This document shows positions 58,125 to 64,000 of a stretch of 64,000 bases of DNA, in pieces. The notes beneath the pieces are model-generated. The model made no database searches and had not been told where the DNA came from. It was given only the letters and a program-made list of their open reading frames with translations. Source of the DNA: an uncultured Alphaproteobacteria bacterium (GTDB lineage Bacteria > Pseudomonadota > Alphaproteobacteria > SP197); assembly GCA_938048755.1 (NCBI GenBank), contig CALIUG010000072.1:3258-67257 (forward strand), written 5' to 3'. The position numbers and the translations under genes were made by a program. Positions within the stretch are counted from its first letter, which is position 1. Each line of letters opens with the position of its first letter.

Positions 58125-59088
58125 CGGCGTTCACATGGGCGCCCAGGCGTTCGCGTGAACCCCGGATCTGTCCCAGCATGTCGCGATGGGCGGCAAGGTA
58201 GCCCCCGGGTTCGGCGTAGAGCTGGCCCTTCAGGCGTTCATGCAGCTTGGGCAGGGCATGGAAGGGAACAGAAGCGGCAAAGTGATGCTCGGCATGAAAG
58301 GACATGTTCCAGCAGAGATTGCGCCAGGGCCATGAGACCAGGCTGGTTCTGGTGTTGACGGTCATGTCCTTGGTATTGGGACGTCCGACATGTTCGGTCA
58401 TGCGGATGAACCGCATCACCGGCTCGCCCATGAACACAGGAAGGATCCAGAACCAGAGCGGCGCCCACCAGTTGAAGACGGGCATGGCAAGGGCCACGGC
58501 GATGTAAAGGGCCAGAAAGATGCGTGCTTCCAGGATCACCGCACCACGTTCTTCCTTCGGGATGAACCGTTTCTCGGTCGCGTTCAGACGTCCCAAGGCG
58601 TGAGCCACCAGTCCGGAGATCATCCCGCGCCAATAGGGTAGCGAGGTGATGTAGAGCAGGTGCCCGCCCACGGTGTCGGCGAGGGGAATGAGCTCGGGGT
58701 CGCGCCCCATGATCTGGGTGTGGGTATGGTGGTCGCAATGTTCCCAGCGGAAGTAGCGCGGCGGCACGGCAATCCAGAACCCGCACCATGTGGCAACAAC
58801 ATCATTCAGCCAGCGCGTACGAAAGGCGGTGAAGTGGATGCACTCATGCTGCAGGGAAAAATGGTGCACCATGATGATGCCGTGCAGGAACATGGCCGGG
58901 ATCAGCCACCAGGTGCCCAGGGCCAGCCAGACCAGCACGCCGGTTGTCGCTAGGGTGCCATACCACAGGGGCAGACGCATCAGGGCCGGCACATTGGAGC
59001 GGCGCATCAGCGCCTTGAGCTCGCGCCGGGTGATCGGCGCGTCAGCCCCCATGGCCTGACTTTGTGGTGTGAGAACCGTCTCGTTCAT
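58117..59088 (-). CDS. membrane fatty-acid-desaturase-family di-iron oxygenase
   Basis: Three His boxes (HECIH, HCDHHTH, HAEHH) and 4 predicted TM helices. 323 aa. Confidence 0.8.
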   Translation of the reverse strand: MNETVLTPQSQAMGADAPITRRELKALMRRSNVPALMRLPLWYGTLATTGVLVWLALGTWWLIPAMFLHGIIMVHHFSLQHECIHFTAFRTRWLNDVVATWCGFWIAVPPRYFRWEHCDHHTHTQIMGRDPELIPLADTVGGHLLYITSLPYWRGMISGLVAHALGRLNATEKRFIPKEERGAVILEARIFLALYIAVALAMPVFNWWAPLWFWILPVFMGEPVMRFIRMTEHVGRPNTKDMTVNTRTSLVSWPWRNLCWNMSFHAEHHFAASVPFHALPKLHERLKGQLYAEPGGYLAAHRDMLGQIRGSRERLGAHVNADA

Positions 59089-59179
59089 GGGGCAACCCTA
59101 GTCTCAAAATCAGAGGAGCGGAATATGCTCCGGCCCGATCTCGGGCTAGGGTGCCGACCTCACATCACACGAGAGCATC

Positions 59180-59638
59180 ATGACCGCAGAAGCGATCTAT
59201 TCCGTCGAAGTTCCAGAGAGCTGGACCGATCACTACGGCCACATGAACGAGGGCTACTACGTGGTTGCCGCCAGCGACGCTTCCTGGGCGTTTCAGGCAC
59301 TGCTGGGGATCGGCACCGACTATTACGATGCGACCGGGTTCGCCATGGTGACGGTGGAATCCCATGTCCGGTACCTCGATGAGGTGAACCGGGGTGAGGC
59401 CCTGACCTTTGACAGCCTGGTCCTGGGGCACGATGCCCGGAAGGTGCATATCGGCCACGTCATGCGTGTCGGCGACAAGGTCTGTGGCACCGTCGAATGC
59501 CTGTGGCTCCATCTCAATCACAAGGAAGGCGGGTTGGGCACCATGTCCGAAGCCGTGCAGGCCAAGCTGGCCGAGCACCTGGCCGATCCCGTTCCGGACT
59601 GGGCCAGCCGCCAGGTCGCCCTGAAGAAAAAGGCCTGA
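59180..59638 (+). CDS. acyl-CoA thioesterase (4HBT/YbgC hot-dog fold)
   Basis: WTDHYGHMNEGYYV N-terminal signature of the 4HBT family. Confidence 0.7.
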   Translation: MTAEAIYSVEVPESWTDHYGHMNEGYYVVAASDASWAFQALLGIGTDYYDATGFAMVTVESHVRYLDEVNRGEALTFDSLVLGHDARKVHIGHVMRVGDKVCGTVECLWLHLNHKEGGLGTMSEAVQAKLAEHLADPVPDWASRQVALKKKA

Positions 59639-59642
59639 TGTC

Positions 59643-60884
59643 ATGGCAAGAGCGAGCGACTTCATCGATCAGCAACGCCTGTGGGATCGTCACATGGCGA
59701 TTGCCAGGTTCGGCGAAACCGGCAACGGCGGCGTCAACCGTCAGGCACTGACGCCAGAAGACGGCATGGCGCGGGCAGCCCTGGCCGGATGGGCCGGGGA
59801 ACGCGGGTTTCGCCTGATCGCCGATGAAGCCGGGAATCTGTTCGTGCGCCGTGACGGCACCGATCACGATGCACCTGCCATACTTTCGGGCTCCCATCTC
59901 GATACCCAGCCGGCCGGCGGCAACTTTGATGGCATCTATGGCGTGCTGTCGGCGTTTGAAGTGCTCGAAGCGCTCGAGGATGGGGGGCTGGAGCACCGCC
60001 ACCCCATCGAGGCGGTTGTCTGGACCAACGAGGAAGGGTGCCGTTTCGCACCGGGTTGCACCGGCAGCCTGGTTTTTTCGGGCCAACACGAGATCGAGGA
60101 GTTTCTCGATGGTACCGCGCCAGACGGTGCGGTGCTGCGCGACGAGCTGGAACGCACGCTTGCCGCCACACCCGATGCCGAGCAGCGCAGGGGCGGCATT
60201 CCCATGGCCGGCTACATCGAAACCCATATCGAGCAGGGGCCCAGGCTGGAAAGCGAGGGGCTCACGATCGGCGCCGTCACGGGCATCCAGGGTGGCAGTT
60301 CGTTCGAGGTCACCGTCACCGGGATCGACGGTCATGCCGGAACCGTGCCGCTGTTGCAGCGGCGCGACGCCTTCCGCTCGGCCCATCAGATCATCGATGC
60401 GCTTCACCGGGATCTGGCAGACCCCACCGACACGGTGCGGTTTACGGTGGGCCGGTTTGAGACCTATCCGGGGTCGCCCAACACGATTCCGGGCAAGGTC
60501 ATTTTCACGATCGATTTCCGCCACCCAGATCAGGCGTTCTTCCGCGAAAAGGTCGACGGCATGGCTGCGTTCATTGCCGCCCATGCCGGCCCCTGTGATG
60601 TTGTGGTGCAGAAACGCCATGCCGGCGACCCGGCTGACTTCGACGAAAACGTGATTGCCCGCATCGAGCGCATCGCGGGCGAACTCGCGATTCCCGCCAT
60701 GCGTATGCCCTCGGGCGCCGATCACGACGCCAAGTACATGGTGCCGCTGGCCCCGACCGGCATGATCTTCGTGCCGTGCCTGAGCGGCATCAGCCACAAC
60801 GAAGACGAACGCGCGACCCCTGAGGACCTCGCCGCCGGCGCCCGCGTGCTGGCAGACGCCCTGCTGGAAATGGCGCGGGGCTGA
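59643..60884 (+). CDS. M20-family Zn amidohydrolase (N-carbamoyl-amino-acid hydrolase, allantoate amidohydrolase or beta-ureidopropionase type)
   Basis: SGSHLDTQPAGGNFDGIYGVLSAFEV and C-terminal HNEDE motifs of the AllC/carbamoylase clade. 413 aa. Confidence 0.8.
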   Translation: MARASDFIDQQRLWDRHMAIARFGETGNGGVNRQALTPEDGMARAALAGWAGERGFRLIADEAGNLFVRRDGTDHDAPAILSGSHLDTQPAGGNFDGIYGVLSAFEVLEALEDGGLEHRHPIEAVVWTNEEGCRFAPGCTGSLVFSGQHEIEEFLDGTAPDGAVLRDELERTLAATPDAEQRRGGIPMAGYIETHIEQGPRLESEGLTIGAVTGIQGGSSFEVTVTGIDGHAGTVPLLQRRDAFRSAHQIIDALHRDLADPTDTVRFTVGRFETYPGSPNTIPGKVIFTIDFRHPDQAFFREKVDGMAAFIAAHAGPCDVVVQKRHAGDPADFDENVIARIERIAGELAIPAMRMPSGADHDAKYMVPLAPTGMIFVPCLSGISHNEDERATPEDLAAGARVLADALLEMARG

Positions 60885-60907
60885 CACCCGGGAGCAAAAC
60901 AAAAGAA

Positions 60908-61116
60908 CTGTCGTCCTCCGGCTTGACCGGAGGACCCATGCACCGAACGAAGCCACACCCACGGTTCTGCGATTTGCCGCTATACAAGCCGGTCATAGAG
61001 ATCGTCCCAATCAGGATTGTTCTCTTCGACCGGCTGGTGCAGCGCCACCAAACATGACGTGGCGCTGTTGCCTGCAACACAGCATGGATCCTCCGGTCAA
61101 GCCGGAGGATGACAAG
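60908..61116. mobile_element. internally deleted, inverted copy of the GIY-YIG cassette: two 34-bp palindromic TIRs flanking only the last about 50 nt of a GIY-YIG ORF (minus strand)
   Basis: TIR ctgtcgtcctccggcttgaccggaggacccatgc at 60908-60941 and its inverse gcatggatcctccggtcaagccggaggatgacaag at 61082-61116. The internal minus-strand ...VEENNPDWDDLYDRLV* equals the C-terminus of the intact gene at 61422-61706. Confidence 0.75.
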
Positions 61117-61137
61117 TTGGGGGTGGGTCGCGGTGGC

Positions 61138-61305
61138 TCAACGCATACCTTCCTGCATCGCGGAGCCACTGTTGGTGGTCCAGGTCTGGTGGGTGGTGAA
61201 GGAACCTTCCTTGCCAGCTAGGGCTAAGACGATGGTGGCGATTTCGTCGGGCTGGGCGATACCCTGACGGAAATGATGCGGGGCCGATGCCTTAGGACAC
61301 CCTAT
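61138..61305 (-). pseudogene. 3' fragment of a second SDR gene (last about 50 codons with its own TGA stop)
   Basis: Minus-strand ...PDEIATIVLALAGKEGSFTTHQTWTTNSGSAMQEGMR* is about 70% nt-identical to the 3' end of the SDR at 61789-62532 (PDEIAAVALALAGKAGAFTTGQVWSVNGGSAMP*). Truncated at the TIR at 61311. Confidence 0.7.
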
Positions 61306-61310
61306 CAAAA

Positions 61311-61779
61311 CTGTCGTCCTCCGGCTTGACCGGAGGACCCATGCTGTATCCTCGAAGCCGTTTCACGCCACTCTGACAAGCTGGACCGGCACACCGGCAA
61401 GCGGCAGATTGTGCGTTAGCCATGGCCTACTTCGTCTACATTCTGGCCAGCCAGAAACGCGGAACACTCTATGTCGGCGTGACGAACGATATAGCCCGTC
61501 GCGCATGGGAACATCGCGAGGGAACTGTGTCGGGCTTCACCAGGCAGTATGGCGTGAAACGGCTTGTGATGGTGGAGACCTATGACGATGTGCGCGATGC
61601 GATCCAGCGCGAGAAACGCCTGAAACACTGGAACAGAGAATGGAAAATCGCACTGATCGAAGAGAACAATCCTGACTGGGATGACCTCTACGACCGTTTG
61701 GTTTAGCGCCATTGAACAAGGTGGGGTGCTGTTGCCAGCGATACAGCATGGGTCCTCCGGTCAAGCCGGAGGACGACAA
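61311..61779 (+). mobile_element. 469-bp cassette: small GIY-YIG nuclease gene bounded by 34-bp self-palindromic terminal inverted repeats (intact copy)
   Basis: TIR-L 61311-61344 (ctgtcgtcctccggcttgaccggaggacccatgc), TIR-R 61746-61779 (gcatgggtcctccggtcaagccggaggacgacaa). The same TIR recurs 7 times in the window. Confidence 0.7.
61422..61706 (+). CDS. GIY-YIG nuclease family protein (UPF0213/YhbQ-like), 94 aa
   Basis: MAYFVYILASQKRGTLYVGVTNDIARRAWEHREG: GIY...YVG motifs, and the conserved R and E of the GIY-YIG fold. Confidence 0.85.
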   Translation: MAYFVYILASQKRGTLYVGVTNDIARRAWEHREGTVSGFTRQYGVKRLVMVETYDDVRDAIQREKRLKHWNREWKIALIEENNPDWDDLYDRLV

Positions 61780-61788
61780 AGTGTGAGC

Positions 61789-62532
61789 TCACGGCATTGC
61801 CGAGCCGCCGTTGACGCTCCAGACCTGGCCGGTGGTGAAGGCACCGGCCTTGCCGGCGAGCGCCAGGGCGACGGCTGCGATTTCGTCGGGCTGGCCGACG
61901 CGGCCCAGAGGGATGTCGGTTTCGCGCGCCATGATCTCGGGCGTGATGCCGTCCAGAAGTAGGGGCGTTTCGACCGGGCCGGGGCAGACGGCGTTGACCA
62001 GAATGTCGGGGCCGAACTCCCTGGCCCAGACGCGGGTGAGGCCAAGGATGCCGGCTTTCGAGGCGCAATAGGCTGAACGTTCCTTCCAGCCGAAGAAGGC
62101 ATGGTCGGATGCAATGTTGATGACCCGTCCGCCTCGTCCGTGGGCTGTCATGGCACGGATGGCTTCGCGCCCGGTCAGAAAGACGCCGGTGAGGTTGACG
62201 CCGATCACCCGGTTCCAGTCGGCAAGCGAGGTTTCGGTGAGCAGGCCGTCATCGGCGATACCTGCGCTGGCAACGCTGAGGTCAAGGCCGCCCATCCGCG
62301 CGACAGCTTCCGCCACGCCTTCGGTCATGGCGGCTTCGGCGGTGACATCCAGCTGCAATCCGAAGGATTCGCCACCCGCCGCAGTGATGTGGTCCTGTGT
62401 GGCCGAGGTGTCGGCCTGATCGATCAGGGCGATCTGCGCACCCTCTTCAGCAAAGGCCCGGGCGATGGCCGCACCGATGCCGCTGGCCGCACCGGTGACC
62501 AGAGCCGCCTTGCCGTCGAGAAATCCGCCCAT
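61789..62532 (-). CDS. SDR-family oxidoreductase (3-oxoacyl-ACP-reductase-like)
   Basis: TGAASGIG cofactor motif, NNAG-like, and the catalytic S...YxxxK (YCASKAG). 247 aa. Confidence 0.85.
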   Translation of the reverse strand: MGGFLDGKAALVTGAASGIGAAIARAFAEEGAQIALIDQADTSATQDHITAAGGESFGLQLDVTAEAAMTEGVAEAVARMGGLDLSVASAGIADDGLLTETSLADWNRVIGVNLTGVFLTGREAIRAMTAHGRGGRVINIASDHAFFGWKERSAYCASKAGILGLTRVWAREFGPDILVNAVCPGPVETPLLLDGITPEIMARETDIPLGRVGQPDEIAAVALALAGKAGAFTTGQVWSVNGGSAMP

Positions 62533-62619
62533 GGGTTCTTGCCTTCAAGGTTGTGCTGGACGCGCGAAGCGTATCGGGATCATTCTAGACGAGATTGAAA
62601 CGGCTTGAAGGCTGCTGCC

Positions 62620-63549
62620 ATGACCCCAGAAGCAATCCTTGCGTTTCCTGCCCGCGTGCTGACCCAGAAACAGCGCGAGGCCTATTTCGAAACCGGTTAT
62701 GCCCTGGTGGAGAGTCTGATCCCTGAAGACGTGATCGACCACCTGAATGACGTGACCCAGTCCTTCATCGAGAAGAGCCGGTCCATGACCAAGAGCGACC
62801 GCGAACTCGATATCGGGCCCGGCCACACGCCGGAAAAACCTGTGGTGCGTCGCCTGACCGCGCCCGACCGGATGCACGATGCCTATTGGGAGTTCGCCAA
62901 CGGTATCATCGCCGATGCCACGGCCGATCTACTGGGCCCGGATGTGACGTTCAACCACTCCAAGCTCAACTTCAAATGGTCGGACGGACGCGACCAGGTG
63001 AAGTGGCACCAGGACATCCCGTTCTATCCCCACACCAACTACAACGTGCTGGCTGTGGGCTGTTACCTCAGCGATGTCAGCGAAGACGACGGACCCATCG
63101 GCGTTCTTCCCGGCAGCCACAAGGGACCGATCTTCGAGCATTTCGACGACAACGGTGTTTGGACGGGCGCCATCCGGGATGATGACATGGCGCGCTTTGA
63201 CACCGATGATGCGGTTTACCTGCCGGGACCCAAGGGCTCGATCACGATCCATCACAGCCGTGCGGTCCATGGCTCCAGGCCCACGACCCGGGCCAACGGA
63301 CGTCCCCTGCTGATCAATGCCTATGCTGCAGCCGACGCCTTCCCCTACACCAGCCCCAAGGCCTCGACCTCGTATCACTACCGCGACCTGGTGCGTGGCA
63401 ACCGTGCGACCTGGGCCCATCTCGACCCCGAACCCTGCCCGGTTCCGCCCGACTGGGGCGACGGCTACACCTCGCTCTACGCCTTCCAGGGCGGCGAAAA
63501 CGCGGAAGCCACCCCACGCGATCCCGGGTTCCGGGTCGCGGCGGAGTAG
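62620..63549 (+). CDS. phytanoyl-CoA dioxygenase (PhyH) family Fe(II)/2-oxoglutarate oxygenase
   Basis: HQD...H iron triad (WHQDIPFYP, HSRAVHGS) and length typical of PhyH or ectoine-hydroxylase-like enzymes. Confidence 0.75.
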   Translation: MTPEAILAFPARVLTQKQREAYFETGYALVESLIPEDVIDHLNDVTQSFIEKSRSMTKSDRELDIGPGHTPEKPVVRRLTAPDRMHDAYWEFANGIIADATADLLGPDVTFNHSKLNFKWSDGRDQVKWHQDIPFYPHTNYNVLAVGCYLSDVSEDDGPIGVLPGSHKGPIFEHFDDNGVWTGAIRDDDMARFDTDDAVYLPGPKGSITIHHSRAVHGSRPTTRANGRPLLINAYAAADAFPYTSPKASTSYHYRDLVRGNRATWAHLDPEPCPVPPDWGDGYTSLYAFQGGENAEATPRDPGFRVAAE

Positions 63550-63650
63550 AGAGCGCTTATGTTTGATCGCTGAGACGCCAGCTAGATCGAATAATTGACA
63601 ACTGATGATTTTTTGACATCTTCAGTGATCTACCTGACCGATAGGTCGAT

Positions 63651-64000
63651 ATGGAATCACTTCTCGAAATACTCGTGCCTATTTTTGCTGCGATTGCCGG
63701 TGCTATGGCTGGCCGAGCCACTTTCCCTTCTTTAAGTTTTCCGAGGCGACGTCTTCCAAACAATTTTGTAATTGTAATTAATGGCGCAAATTCAGTTGGA
63801 AAATCCACATACGCTCTGATGTTACAGAGGAGGTTTTCAAACATAGAAAAGGTTTCTCTCGACTGGATACGCCAGGGAATGAGAGATAATGACAGCGAGT
63901 CTGTAATAAATACTGCATCGTTCAATCCATTGCCTAAAATGGGAGTTCAGGAACATTTCATAAAGCAGTGTCAGATTCTTATGTCAGCAGTCTCCAATGT
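63651..64000 (+). CDS. P-loop NTPase (Walker A GANSVGKST), 5' part; continues beyond window; in a low-GC segment
   Basis: Open frame from ATG 63651 to the window end with no stop: MESLLEILVPIFAAIAGAMAGRATFPSLSFPRRRLPNNFVIVINGANSVGKSTYALMLQRRFSNIEKVSLDWIRQG... It is absent from the track because there is no stop. Local GC is about 40% versus about 65% upstream. Confidence 0.5.
   Translation, partial: MESLLEILVPIFAAIAGAMAGRATFPSLSFPRRRLPNNFVIVINGANSVGKSTYALMLQRRFSNIEKVSLDWIRQGMRDNDSESVINTASFNPLPKMGVQEHFIKQCQILMSAVSN

Noticed and set aside
60960-61080. Short ORFs inside the deleted GIY-YIG copy, as possible independent small genes.
   Set aside because: Only the last 16 codons match GIY-YIG. 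Upstream codons are unrelated and lack a start or RBS. Interpreted as a gene remnant.

Overview
This is a 64-kb, high-GC (roughly 65%) chromosomal segment that looks alphaproteobacterial. The evidence is the gene content, ATGA-overlapped operons, a PodJ-like PWSVRGV...GEWL motif and the YhbQ-type GIY-YIG gene. About 60 genes are dense on both strands. In order, the window holds: an amidase 5' end; a UbiH-family hydroxylase; an ASCH protein; a UMF1 MFS transporter; an OYE reductase; an a/b hydrolase; rtcB with an in-frame amber codon; a PLP decarboxylase; an ureidoglycolate-lyase-like cupin; a cadherin-like adhesin; a CHMI isomerase; a TPR/PG-binding protein; a 1245-aa AsmA envelope protein; a TMADH-like flavoprotein with LysR and an M24 hydrolase; a YdjM-like hydrolase; tRNA-Gly(GCC); a CitE-like lyase; csoR-copA with a candidate operator; YbaK/ProX; a thioredoxin-TPR chaperone; a LON-N protein; Trm112; DUF971; a frameshifted OMP; a PodJ-like protein; GGT; a Rieske-oxygenase catabolic cluster (two alpha subunits, NUDIX, a/b hydrolase, APC permease); and MmcB. 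An 18-kb cobalamin supercluster follows: cobT, cobS, cobC, B12 riboswitch, cobU-cobW-cobN-cobO-SYLF-cobQ, cbiB, cbiX, an unknown-domain::cobH fusion, cobL, cobI, a cbiG::cobJ fusion and cobM. Next come a desaturase plus Rieske ferredoxin operon, a thioesterase, an M20 amidohydrolase, an SDR and a PhyH dioxygenase. The most unusual material is non-coding or mobile. (1) A 469-bp cassette carries a small GIY-YIG nuclease gene bounded by 34-bp self-palindromic terminal inverted repeats. Beside it lie an internally deleted inverted copy and a duplicated SDR 3' end. A 3x tandem array of MITE-like units built from the same TIR family sits at the other end of the window. (2) A second MITE-like family has TIRs that contain triple heptamer repeats, with two copies. 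(3) The last 450 bp drop abruptly to low GC and begin a P-loop NTPase gene, probably the edge of an acquired island. No BLAST, HMM or RNA-family searches were possible. All calls rest on reading the translations and on motif knowledge.
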